Source: Auanema rhodensis (taxonomy: Eukaryota; Animalia; Nematoda). Taken from it: a stretch of DNA of 64,000 nucleotides. The DNA lies in assembly GCA_964057225.1 (NCBI GenBank), contig OZ059898.1, positions 17,856,001 through 17,920,000 on the forward strand, in the 5' to 3' direction. The notes under the pieces were generated by a model, which made no database searches, was not told the DNA's origin, and saw only the letters and a list, made by a program, of their open reading frames with translations. Positions 27,201-41,600 of the stretch are shown in pieces. Each line of letters starts with the position of its first letter. Position 1 is the stretch's first letter. The position numbers were made by a program, and so were the translations under genes.

Positions 27201-30200
27201 TGAGTTTCCATGTACACTCAACATTGCTTCCAAAAACATTTTGACAAAAATTTTTTCGAAAAATTTCAAAATAATTTCGCAAAAAGTAAATGTTTTTAGA
27301 TTTCTTTTTTCAAGGCAAAGACGATGGACGATGTTATTCAACAAAAAAATTAATTCTTCAGGGTGAAAATCGAGGATATAAGTGTGAGCTTATATCAGTT
27401 GATATCTCGGTGCATTTTCAAGCTAGCGCAAATCTAATAACACAGATCGACGCAGCTTAAAAATCCGCATCGAATGCACTATACTACATTGAGAAACGCT
27501 TGATACAAAAATTAGTTATGATCGTTTGGAAAATGATGCATTAGTGTATGTTGAGTTTCCATGTACACTCAACATTGCTTCCAAAAACATTTTGACAAAA
27601 ATTTTTTCGAAAAATTTCAAAATAATTTCGCAAAAAGTAGATGTTTTTCAATTTTATTTTTCAAGGCAAAGACGATGGACAATGTTATTCAACGAAAAAT
27701 TTAATTCTTCAGGGTGAAAATCGAGGATATAAGTGTGAACTTATATCAGTTGATATCTCGGTGCATTTTTAAGCTAGCGCAAATCTGATAACACAGATCG
27801 ACGCAGCTTAAAATTCTGCATCGAATGCACTATACTACATTGAGAAACGCTTAATACAAAAGTTAGTTATGATCGTTTGGAAAATGATGCATTAGTGTAT
27901 GTTGAGTTTCCATGTACACTCAACATTGCTTCCAAAAACATTTTGACAAAAATTTTTTCGAAAAATTTCAGAATAATTTAGCAAAAAGTAGATGTTTTTA
28001 AATTTTTTTTTTCAAGGCAAAGACGATGGACAATGTTATTCAACGAAAAAATTAATTCTTCAGGGTGAAAATCGAGGATATAAGTGTGAACTTATATCAG
28101 TTGATATCTCGGTGCATTTTTAAGCTAGCGCAAATCTGATAACACAGATCGACGCAGCTTAAAAATCCGCATCGAATGCACTATACTACATTGAGAAACG
28201 CTTAATACAAAAATTTGTTATGATCGTTTGGAAAATGATGCATTAGTGTATGTTGAGTTTCCATGTACACTCAACATTGCTTCCAAAAACATTTTGACAA
28301 AAATTTTTTCGTAAAATTTCAAAATAATTTCGCAAAAAGTAAATGTTTTTAAATTTTTTTTTTCAAGGCAAAGACGATGGACAATGTTATTCAACGAAAA
28401 AATTAATTCTTCAGGGTGAAAATCGAGGATATAAGTGTGAACTTATATCAGTTGATATCTCGGTGCATTTTTAAGCTAGCGCAAATCTGATAACACAGAT
28501 CGACGCAGCTTAAAAATCCGCATCGAATGCACTATACTACATTGAGAAACGCTTAATACAAAAATTTGTTATGATCGTTTGGAAAATGATGCATTAGTGT
28601 ATGTTGAGTTTCCATGTACACTCAACATTGCTTCCAAAAACATTTTGACAAAAATTTTTTCGTAAAATTTCAAAATAATTTCGCAAAAAGTAAATGTTTT
28701 TAGATTTCTTTTTTCAAGGCAAAGACGATGGACGATGTTATTCAACAAAAAAATTAATTCTTCAGGGTGAAAATCGAGGATATAAGTGTGAACTTATATC
28801 AGTTGATATCTCGGTGCACTTTTAAGCTAGCGCAAATCTGATAACACAGATCGACGCAGCTTAAAAATCAGCATCGAATGCACTATACTACATTGAGAAA
28901 CGCTTAATACAAAAATTAGTTATGATCGTTTGGAAAATGATGCATTAGTGTATGTTGAGTTTCCATGTACACTCAACATTGCTTCCAAAAACATTTTGAC
29001 AAAAATTTTTTCGAAAAATTTCAGAATAATTTAGCAAAAAGTAGATGTTTTTAGATTTTTTTTTTCAAGGCAAAGACGATGGACAATGTTATTCAACGAA
29101 AAAATTAATTCTTCAGGGTGAAAATCGAGGATATAAGTGTGAGCTTATATCGGTTGATATCTCGGTGCATTTTTACGCTAGCGCAAATCTAATAACACAG
29201 ATCGACGCAGCTTAAAAATCCGCATCGAATGCACTATACTACATTGAGAAACGCTTGATACAAAAATTAGTTATGATCGTTTGAAAAATGATGCATTAGT
29301 GTTTTTTGAGTTTCCATGTACACTCAACATTGCTTCCAAAAATATTTTGACAAAAATTTTTTCGAAAAATTTCAAAATAATTTCGCAAAAAGTAGATGTT
29401 TTTAGATTTTTTTTTTCAAGGCAAAGACGATGGACAATGTTATTCAACGAAAAAATTAATTCTTCAGGGTGAAAATCGAGGATATAAGTGTGAGCTTATA
29501 TCAGTTGATATCTCGGTGCATTTTCAAGCTAGCGCAAATCTAATAACACAGATCGACGCAGCTTAAAAATCCGCATCGAATGCACTATACTACATTGAGA
29601 AACGCTTGATACAAAAATTAGTTATGATCGTTTGAAAAATGATGCATTAGTGTTTTTTGAGTTTCCATGTACACTCAACATTGCTTCCAAAAACATTTTG
29701 ACAAAAATTTTTTCGAAAAATTTCAAAATAATTTCGCAAAAAGTAAATGTTTTTAGATTTCTTTTTTCAAGGCAAAGACGATGGACGATGTTATTCAACA
29801 AAAAAATTAATTCTTCAGGGTGAAAATCGAGGATATAAGTGTGAACTTATATCAGTTGATATCTCGGTGCATTTTTAAGCTAGCGCAAATCTGGTAACAC
29901 AGATCGACGCAGCTTAAAAATCCGCATCGAATGCACTATACTACATTGAGAAACGCTTGATACAAAAATTAGTTATGATCGTTTGAAAAATGATGCATTA
30001 GTGTATTTTGAGTTTCCATGTACACTCAACATTGCTTCCAAAAACATTTTGACAAACATTTTTCCGAAAAATTTCAAAATAATTTAGCAAAAAGTAGATG
30101 TTTTTAGATTTTTTTTTTCAAGGCAAAGACGATGGACAATGTTATTCAACGAAAAAATTAATTCTTCAGGGTGAAAATCGAGGATATAAGTGTGAGCTTA

Positions 30201-33200
30201 TATCGGTTGATATCTCGGTGCATTTTTACGCTAGCGCAAATCTAATAACACAGATCGACGCAGCTTAAAAATCCGCATCGAATGCACTATACTACATTGA
30301 GAAACGCTTGATACAAAAATTAGTTATGATCGTTTGAAAAATGATGCATTAGTGTTTTTTGAGTTTCCATGTACACTCAACATTGCTTCCAAAAATATTT
30401 TGACAAAAATTTTTTCGAAAAATTTCAAAATAATTTCGCAAAAAGTAGATGTTTTTAGATTTTTTTTTTCAAGGCAAAGACGATGGACAATGTTATTCAA
30501 CGAAAAAATTAATTCTTCAGGGTGAAAATCGAGGATATAAGTGTGAGCTTATATCAGTTGATATCTCGGTGCATTTTCAAGCTAGCGCAAATCTAATAAC
30601 ACAGATCGACGCAGCTTAAAAATCCGCATCGAATGCACTATACTACATTGAGAAACGCTTGATACAAAAATTAGTTATGATCGTTTGAAAAATGATGCAT
30701 TAGTGTTTTTTGAGTTTCCATGTACACTCAACATTGCTTCCAAAAACATTTTGACAAAAATTTTTTCGAAAAATTTCAAAATAATTTCGCAAAAAGTAGA
30801 TGTTTTTAGATTTTTTTTTTCAAGGCAAAGACGATGGACAATGTTATTCAACGAAAAAATTAATTCTTCAGGGTGAAAATCGAGGATATAAGTGTGAACT
30901 TATATCAGTTGATATCTCGGTGCATTTTTAAGCTAGCGCAAATCTGATAACACAGATCGACGCAGCTTAAAAATCCGCATCGAATGCACTATACTACATT
31001 GAGAAACGCTTGATACAAAAATTAGTTATGATCGTTTGAAAAATGATGCATTAGTGTATTTTGAGTTTCCATGTACACTCAACATTGCTTCCAAAAACAT
31101 TTTGACAAACATTTTTCCGAAAAATTTCAAAATAATTTCGCAAAAAGTAGATGTTTATCAATTTTATTTTTCAAGGCTAAGACGATGGACAATGTTATTC
31201 AACGAAAAATTTAATTCTTCAGGGTGAAAATCGAGGATATAAGTGTGAACTTATATCAGTTGATATCTCGGTGCATTTTTAAGCTAGCGCAAATCTGATA
31301 ACACAGATCGACGCAGCTTAAAATTCTGCATCGAATGCACTATACTACATTGAGAAACGCTTAATACAAAAATTAGTTATGATCGTTTGGAAAATGATGC
31401 ATTAGTGTTTTTTGAGTTTCCATGTACACTCAACATTGCTTCCAAAAACATTTTGACAAAAATTTTTTCGAAAAATTTCAAAATAATTTCGCAAAAAGTA
31501 GATGTTTTTAGATTTTTTTTTTCAAGGCAAAGACGATGGACAATGTTATTCAACGAAAAAATTAATTCTTCAGGGTGAAAATCGAGGATATAAGTGTGAG
31601 CTTATATCAGTTGATATCTCGGTGCATTTTCAAGCTAGCGCAAATCTAATAACACAGATCGACGCAGCTTAAAAATCCGCATCGAATGCACTATACTACA
31701 TTGAGAAACGCTTGATACAAAAATTAGTTATGATCGTTTGAAAAATGATGCATTAGTGTTTTTTGAGTTTCCATGTACACTCAACATTGCTTCCAAAAAC
31801 ATTTTGACAAAAATTTTTTCGAAAAATTTCAAAATAATTTCGCAAAAAGTAAATGTTTTTAGATTTCTTTTTTCAAGGCAAAGACGATGGACGATGTTAT
31901 TCAACAAAAAAATTAATTCTTCAGGGTGAAAATCGAGGATATAAGTGTGAGCTTATATCAGTTGATATCTCGGTGCATTTTCAAGCTAGCGCAAATCTAA
32001 TAACACAGATCGACGCAGCTTAAAAATCCGCATCGAATGCACTATACTACATTGAGAAACGCTTGATACAAAAATTAGTTATGATCGTTTGGAAAATGAT
32101 GCATTAGTGTATGTTGAGTTTCCATGTACACTCAACATTGCTTCCAAAAACATTTTGACAAAAATTTTTTCGAAAAATTTCAAAATAATTTCGCAAAAAG
32201 TAGATGTTTTTCAATTTTATTTTTCAAGGCAAAGACGATGGACAATGTTATTCAACGAAAAATTTAATTCTTCAGGGTGAAAATCGAGGATATAAGTGTG
32301 AACTTATATCAGTTGATATCTCGGTGCATTTTTAAGCTAGCGCAAATCTGATAACACAGATCGACGCAGCTTAAAATTCTGCATCGAATGCACTATACTA
32401 CATTGAGAAACGCTTAATACAAAAGTTAGTTATGATCGTTTGGAAAATGATGCATTAGTGTATGTTGAGTTTCCATGTACACTCAACATTGCTTCCAAAA
32501 ACATTTTGACAAAAATTTTTTCGAAAAATTTCAGAATAATTTAGCAAAAAGTAGATGTTTTTAAATTTTTTTTTTCAAGGCAAAGACGATGGACAATGTT
32601 ATTCAACGAAAAAATTAATTCTTCAGGGTGAAAATCGAGGATATAAGTGTGAACTTATATCAGTTGATATCTCGGTGCATTTTTAAGCTAGCGCAAATCT
32701 GATAACACAGATCGACGCAGCTTAAAAATCCGCATCGAATGCACTATACTACATTGAGAAACGCTTAATACAAAAATTTGTTATGATCGTTTGGAAAATG
32801 ATGCATTAGTGTATGTTGAGTTTCCATGTACACTCAACATTGCTTCCAAAAACATTTTGACAAAAATTTTTTCGTAAAATTTCAAAATAATTTCGCAAAA
32901 AGTAAATGTTTTTAAATTTTTTTTTTCAAGGCAAAGACGATGGACAATGTTATTCAACGAAAAAATTAATTCTTCAGGGTGAAAATCGAGGATATAAGTG
33001 TGAACTTATATCAGTTGATATCTCGGTGCATTTTTAAGCTAGCGCAAATCTGATAACACAGATCGACGCAGCTTAAAAATCAGCATCGAATGCACTATAC
33101 TACATTGAAAAACGCTTTATACAAAATTTAGTTATGATCGTTTGAAAAATGATGCATTAGTGTTTTTTGAGTTTCCATGTACACTCAACATTGCTTCCAA

Positions 33201-35600
33201 AAACATTTTGACAAAAATTTTTTCGAAAAATTTCAAAATAATTTCGCAAAAAGTAAATGTTTTTAGATTTCTTTTTTCAAGGCAAAGACGATGGACGATG
33301 TTATTCAACAAAAAAATTAATTCTTCAGGGTGAAAATCGAGGATATAAGTGTGAACTTATATCAGTTGATATCTCGGTGCATTTTTAAGCTAGCGCAAAT
33401 CTGATAACACAGATCGACGCAGCTTAAAAATCCGCATCGAATGCACTATACTACATTGAGAAACGCTTGATACAAAAATTAGTTATGATCGTTTGAAAAA
33501 TGATGCATTAGTGTATTTTGAGTTTCCATGTACACTCAACATTGCTTCCAAAAACATTTTGACAAACATTTTTCCGAAAAATTTCAAAATAATTTCGCAA
33601 AAAGTAGATGTTTATCAATTTTATTTTTCAAGGCTAAGACGATGGACAATGTTATTCAACGAAAAATTTAATTCTTCAGGGTGAAAATCGAGGATATAAG
33701 TGTGAACTTATATCAGTTGATATCTCGGTGCATTTTTAAGCTAGCGCAAATCTGATAACACAGATCGACGCAGCTTAAAATTCTGCATCGAATGCACTAT
33801 ACTACATTGAGAAACGCTTAATACAAAAATTAGTTATGATCGTTTGGAAAATGATGCATTAGTGTTTTTTGAGTTTCCATGTACACTCAACATTGCTTCC
33901 AAAAACATTTTGACAAAAATTTTTTCGAAAAATTTCAAAATAATTTCGCAAAAAGTAGATGTTTTTAGATTTTTTTTTTCAAGGCAAAGACGATGGACAA
34001 TGTTATTCAACGAAAAAATTAATTCTTCAGGGTGAAAATCGAGGATATAAGTGTGAGCTTATATCAGTTGATATCTCGGTGCATTTTCAAGCTAGCGCAA
34101 ATCTAATAACACAGATCGACGCAGCTTAAAAATCCGCATCGAATGCACTATACTACATTGAGAAACGCTTGATACAAAAATTAGTTATGATCGTTTGAAA
34201 AATGATGCATTAGTGTTTTTTGAGTTTCCATGTACACTCAACATTGCTTCCAAAAACATTTTGACAAAAATTTTTTCGAAAAATTTCAAAATAATTTCGC
34301 AAAAAGTAAATGTTTTTAGATTTCTTTTTTCAAGGCAAAGACGATGGACGATGTTATTCAACAAAAAAATTAATTCTTCAGGGTGAAAATCGAGGATATA
34401 AGTGTGAGCTTATATCAGTTGATATCTCGGTGCATTTTCAAGCTAGCGCAAATCTAATAACACAGATCGACGCAGCTTAAAAATCCGCATCGAATGCACT
34501 ATACTACATTGAGAAACGCTTGATACAAAAATTAGTTATGATCGTTTGGAAAATGATGCATTAGTGTATGTTGAGTTTCCATGTACACTCAACATTGCTT
34601 CCAAAAACATTTTGACAAAAATTTTTTCGAAAAATTTCAAAATAATTTCGCAAAAAGTAGATGTTTTTCAATTTTATTTTTCAAGGCAAAGACGATGGAC
34701 AATGTTATTCAACGAAAAATTTAATTCTTCAGGGTGAAAATCGAGGATATAAGTGTGAACTTATATCAGTTGATATCTCGGTGCATTTTTAAGCTAGCGC
34801 AAATCTGATAACACAGATCGACGCAGCTTAAAATTCTGCATCGAATGCACTATACTACATTGAGAAACGCTTAATACAAAAGTTAGTTATGATCGTTTGG
34901 AAAATGATGCATTAGTGTATGTTGAGTTTCCATGTACACTCAACATTGCTTCCAAAAACATTTTGACAAAAATTTTTTCGAAAAATTTCAGAATAATTTA
35001 GCAAAAAGTAGATGTTTTTAAATTTTTTTTTTCAAGGCAAAGACGATGGACAATGTTATTCAACGAAAAAATTAATTCTTCAGGGTGAAAATCGAGGATA
35101 TAAGTGTGAACTTATATCAGTTGATATCTCGGTGCATTTTTAAGCTAGCGCAAATCTGATAACACAGATCGACGCAGCTTAAAAATCCGCATCGAATGCA
35201 CTATACTACATTGAGAAACGCTTAATACAAAAATTTGTTATGATCGTTTGGAAAATGATGCATTAGTGTATGTTGAGTTTCCATGTACACTCAACATTGC
35301 TTCCAAAAACATTTTGACAAAAATTTTTTCGTAAAATTTCAAAATAATTTCGCAAAAAGTAAATGTTTTTAAATTTTTTTTTTCAAGGCAAAGACGATGG
35401 ACAATGTTATTCAACGAAAAAATTAATTCTTCAGGGTGAAAATCGAGGATATAAGTGTGAACTTATATCAGTTGATATCTCGGTGCATTTTTAAGCTAGC
35501 GCAAATCTGATAACACAGATCGACGCAGCTTAAAAATCCGCATCGAATGCACTATACTACATTGAGAAACGCTTAATACAAAAATTTGTTATGATCGTTT
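21208..35600 (+). repeat. Domain built from an ~8-monomer higher-order core, repeated about four times with partial copies in between
   Basis: Marker gtttatcaatt...aaggctaag in monomers 21910, 24718, 26473, 31036 and 33493 (spacings 8, 5, 13, 7 monomers). A second marker monomer at 22963, 27526, 32089 and 34546 (13, 13, 7) is each time followed by aaaagttag and ttcgtaaaa monomers. Confidence 0.85.
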
Positions 35601-38600
35601 GGAAAATGATGCATTAGTGTATGTTGAGTTTCCATGTACACTCAACATTGCTTCCAAAAACATTTTGACAAAAATTTTTTCGTAAAATTTCAAAATAATT
35701 TCGCAAAAAGTAAATGTTTTTAGATTTCTTTTTTCAAGGCAAAGACGATGGACGATGTTATTCAACAAAAAAATTAATTCTTCAGGGTGAAAATCGAGGA
35801 TATAAGTGTGAACTTATATCAGTTGATATCTCGGTGCATTTTTACGCTAGCGCAAATATGATAACACAGATCGACGCAGCTTAAAAATCCGCATCGAATG
35901 CACTATACTACATTGAGAAACGCTTGATACAAAAATTAGTTATGATCGTTTGAAAATGATGCATTAGTGTATTTTGAGTTTCCATGTACACTCAACATTG
36001 CTTCCAAAAACATTTTGACAAAAATTTTTTCGAAAAATTTCAAAATAATTTCGCAAAAAGTAGATGTTTTAAATTTCTTTTTTCAAGGCAAAGACGATGG
36101 ACAATGTTATTCAACGAATAAATTAATTCTTCAGGGTGAAAATCGAGGATATAAGTGTGAACTTATATCAGTTGATATCTCGGTGCATTTTTAAGCTAGC
36201 GCAAATCTGATAACACAGATCGACGCAGCTTAAAAATCCGCATCGAATGCACTATACTACATTGAGAAACGCTTGATACAAAAATTAGTTATGATCGTTT
36301 GGAAAATGATGCATTAGTGTATTTTGAGTTTCCATGTACACTCAACATTGCTTCCAAAAACATTTTGACAAAAATTTTTTCGAAAAATTTCAGAATAATT
36401 TAGCAAAAAGTAGATGTTTTTAAATTTTTTTTTTCAAGGCAAAGACGATGGACAATGTTATTCAACGAAAAAATTAATTCTTCAGGGTGAAAATCGAAGA
36501 TATAAGTGTGAACTTATATCTGTTGATATCTCGGTGCACTTTTAAGCTAGCGCAAATCTGATAACACAGATCGACGCAGCTTAAAAATCAGCATCGAATG
36601 CACTATACTACATTGAGAAACGCTTAATACAAAAATTAGTTATGATCGTTTGGAAAATGATGCATTAGTGTATGTTGAGTTTCCATGTACACTCAACATT
36701 GCTTCCAAAAACATTTTGACAAAAATTTTTTCGAAAAATTTCAGAATAATTTAGCAAAAAGTAGATGTTTTTAGATTTTTTTTTTTAAGGCAAAGACGAT
36801 GGACGATGTTATTCAACAAAAAAATTAATTCTTCAGGGTGAAAATCGAGGATATAAGTGTGAACTTATATCAGTTGATATCTCGGTGCATTTTTACGCTA
36901 GCGCAAATATGATAACACAGATCGACGCAGCTTAAAAATCCGCATCGAATGCACTATACTACATTGAGAAACGCTTAATACAAAAATTTGTTATGATCGT
37001 TTGGAAAATGATGCATTAGTGTATGTTGAGTTTCCATGTACACTCAACATTGCTTCCAAAAACATTTTGACAAAAATTTTTTCGTAAAATTTCAAAATAA
37101 TTTCGCAAAAAGTAAATGTTTTTAGATTTCCTTTTTCAAGGCAAAGACGATGGACGATGTTATTCAACAAAAAAATTAATTCTTCAGGGTGAAAATCGAG
37201 GATATAAGTGTGAACTTATATCAGTTGATATCTCGGTGCATTTTTACGCTAGCGCAAATATGATAACACAGATCGACGCAGCTTAAAAATCCGCATCGAA
37301 TGCACTATACTACATTGAGAAACGCTTGATACAAAAATTAGTTATGATCGTTTGAAAATGATGCATTAGTGTATTTTGAGTTTCCATGTACACTCAACAT
37401 TGCTTCCAAAAACATTTTGACAAAAATTTTTTCGAAAAATTTCAAAATAATTTCGCAAAAAGTAGATGTTTTAAATTTCTTTTTTCAAGGCAAAGACGAT
37501 GGACAATGTTATTCAACGAATAAATTAATTCTTCAGGGTGAAAATCGAGGATATAAGTGTGAACTTATATCAGTTGATATCTCGGTGCATTTTTAAGCTA
37601 GCGCAAATCTGATAACACAGATCGACGCAGCTTAAAAATCCGCATCGAATGCACTATACTACATTGAGAAACGCTTGATACAAAAATTAGTTATGATCGT
37701 TTGGAAAATGATGCATTAGTGTATTTTGAGTTTCCATGTACACTCAACATTGCTTCCAAAAACATTTTGACAAAAATTTTTTCGAAAAATTTCAGAATAA
37801 TTTAGCAAAAAGTAGATGTTTTTAAATTTTTTTTTTCAAGGCAAAGACGATGGACAATGTTATTCAACGAAAAAATTAATTCTTCAGGGTGAAAATCGAA
37901 GATATAAGTGTGAACTTATATCAGTTGATATCTCGGTGCACTTTTAAGCTAGCGCAAATCTGATAACACAGATCGACGCAGCTTAAAAATCAGCATCGAA
38001 TGCACTATACTACATTGAGAAACGCTTAATACAAAAATTAGTTATGATCGTTTGGAAAATGATGCATTAGTGTATGTTGAGTTTCCATGTACACTCAACA
38101 TTGCTTCCAAAAACATTTTGACAAAAATTTTTTCGAAAAATTTCAGAATAATTTAGCAAAAAGTAGATGTTTTTAGATTTTTTTTTTTAAGGCAAAGACG
38201 ATGGACAATGTTATTCAACGAAAAAATTAATTCTTCAGGGTGAAAATCGAGGATATAAGTGTGAACTTATATCAGTTGATATCTCGGTGCATTTTTAAGC
38301 TAGCGCAAATCTGATAACACAGATCGACGCAGCTTAAAAATCCGCATCGAATGCACTATACTACATTGAGAAACGCTTAATACAAAAATTTGTTATGATC
38401 GTTTGGAAAATGATGCATTAGTGTATGTTGAGTTTCCATGTACACTCAACATTGCTTCCAAAAACATTTTGACAAAAATTTTTTCGAAAAATTTCAAAAT
38501 AATTTCGCAAAAAGTAGATGTTTTTAAATTTCTTTTTTCAAGGCAAAGACGATGGACAATGTTATTCAACGAATAAATTAATTCTTCAGGGTGAAAATCG

Positions 38601-41600
38601 AGGATATAAGTGTGAACTTATATCAGTTGATATCTCGGTGCATTTTTAAGCTAGCGCAAATCAAATAACACAGATCGACGCAGCTTAAAAATCCGCATCG
38701 AATGCACTATACTACATTGAGAAAAGCTCAATACAAAAATTAGTTATGATAGTTTGAAAAATGATGCATTAGTGTATTTTGAGTTTCCATGTACTTTCAG
38801 CATTGCTTCCAAAAACATTTTGACAAAAATTTTTTCGAAAAATTTCAAAATAATTTCGCAAAAAGTAAATGTTTTTAGATTTCTTTTTTCAAGGCAAAGA
38901 CGATGGACGATGTTATTCAACAAAAAAATTAATTCTTCAGGGTGAAAATCGAGGATATAAGTGTGAACTTATATCAGTTGATATCTCGGTGCACTTTTAA
39001 GCTAGCGCAAATCTGATAACACAGATCGACGCAGCTTAAAAATCCGCATCGAATGCACTATACTACATTGAGAAACGCTTAATACAAAAATTAGTTATGA
39101 TCGTTTGGAAAATGATGCATTAGTGTATGTTGAGTTTCCATGTACACTCAACATTGCTTCCAAAAACATTTTGACAAAAATTTTTTCGAAAAATTTCAGA
39201 ATAATTTAGCAAAAAGTAGATGTTTTTAAATTTTTTTTTTCAAGGCAAAGACGATGGACAATGTTATTCAACGAAAAAATTAATTCTTCAGGGTGAAAAT
39301 CGAGGATATAAGTGTGAACTTATATCAGTTGATATCTCGGTGCATTTTTAAGCTAGCGCAAATCTGATAACACAGATCGACGCAGCTTAAAAATCCGCAT
39401 CGAATGCACTATACTACATTGAGAAACGCTTAATACAAAAATTTGTTATGATCGTTTGGAAAATGATGCATTAGTGTATGTTGAGTTTCCATGTACACTC
39501 AACATTGCTTCCAAAAACATTTTGACAAAAATTTTTTCGTAAAATTTCAAAATAATTTCGCAAAAAGTAAATGTTTTTAGATTTCTTTTTTCAAGGCAAA
39601 GACGATGGACGATGTTATTCAACAAAAAAATTAATTCTTCAGGGTGAAAATCGAGGATATAAGTGTGAACTTATATCAGTTGATATCTCGGTGCATTTTT
39701 ACGCTAGCGCAAATATGATAACACAGATCGACGCAGCTTAAAAATCCGCATCGAATGCACTATACTACATTGAGAAACGCTTGATACAAAAATTAGTTAT
39801 GATCGTTTGAAAATGATGCATTAGTGTATTTTGAGTTTCCATGTACACTCAACATTGCTTCCAAAAACATTTTGACAAAAATTTTTTCGAAAAATTTCAA
39901 AATAATTTCGCAAAAAGTAGATGTTTTAAATTTCTTTTTTCAAGGCAAAGACGATGGACAATGTTATTCAACGAATAAATTAATTCTTCAGGGTGAAAAT
40001 CGAGGATATAAGTGTGAACTTATATCAGTTGATATCTCGGTGCATTTTTAAGCTAGCGCAAATCTGATAACACAGATCGACGCAGCTTAAAAATCAGCAT
40101 CGAATGCACTATACTACATTGAGAAACGCTTAATACAAAAATTAGTTATGATCGTTTGGAAAATGATGCATTAGTGTATGTTGAGTTTCCATGTACACTC
40201 AACATTGCTTCCAAAAACATTTTGACAAAAATTTTTTCGAAAAATTTCAGAATAATTTAGCAAAAAGTAGATGTTTTTAGATTTTTTTTTTTAAGGCAAA
40301 GACGATGGACGATGTTATTCAACAAAAAAATTAATTCTTCAGGGTGAAAATCGAGGATATAAGTGTGAACTTATATCAGTTGATATCTCGGTGCATTTTT
40401 ACGCTAGCGCAAATATGATAACACAGATCGACGCAGCTTAAAAATCCGCATCGAATGCACTATACTACATTGAGAAACGCTTAATACAAAAATTTGTTAT
40501 GATCGTTTGGAAAATGATGCATTAGTGTATGTTGAGTTTCCATGTACACTCAACATTGCTTCCAAAAACATTTTGACAAAAATTTTTTCGTAAAATTTCA
40601 AAATAATTTCGCAAAAAGTAAATGTTTTTAGATTTCTTTTTTCAAGGCAAAGACGATGGACGATGTTATTCAACAAAAAAATTAATTCTTCAGGGTGAAA
40701 ATCGAGGATATAAGTGTGAACTTATATCAGTTGATATCTCGGTGCATTTTTACGCTAGCGCAAATATGATAACACAGATCGACGCAGCTTAAAAATCCGC
40801 ATCGAATGCACTATACTACATTGAGAAACGCGTGATACAAAAATTAGTTATGATCGTTTGAAAATGATGCATTAGTGTATTTTGAGTTTCCATGTACACT
40901 CAACATTGCTTCCAAAAACATTTTGACAAAAATTTTTTCGAAAAAGTTCAAAATAATTTCGCAAAAAGTAGATGTTTTAAATTTCTTTTTTCAAGGCAAA
41001 GACGATGGACAATGTTATTCAACGAATAAATTAATTCTTCAGGGTAAAAATCGAGGATATAATTGTGAACTTATATCAGTTGATATCTCGGTGCATTTTT
41101 AAGCTAGCGCAAATCTGATAACACAGATCGACGCAGCTTAAAAATCCGCATCGAATGCACTATACTACATTGAGAAACGCTTGATACAAAAATTAGTTAT
41201 GATCGTTTGGAAAATGATGCATTAGTGTATTTTGAGTTTCCATGTACACTCAACATTGCTTCCAAAAACATTTTGACAAAAATTTTTTCGAAAAATTTCA
41301 GAATAATTTAGCAAAAAGTAGATGTTTTTAAATTTTTTTTTTCAAGGCAAAGACGATGGACAATGTTATTCAACGAAAAAATTAATTCTTCAGGGTGAAA
41401 ATCGAAGATATAAGTGTGAACTTATATCAGTTGATATCTCGGTGCACTTTTAAGCTAGCGCAAATCTGATAACACAGATCGACGCAGCTTAAAAATCAGC
41501 ATCGAATGCACTATACTACATTGAGAAACGCTTAATACAAAAATTAGTTATGATCGTTTGGAAAATGATGCATTAGTGTATGTTGAGTTTCCATGTACAC

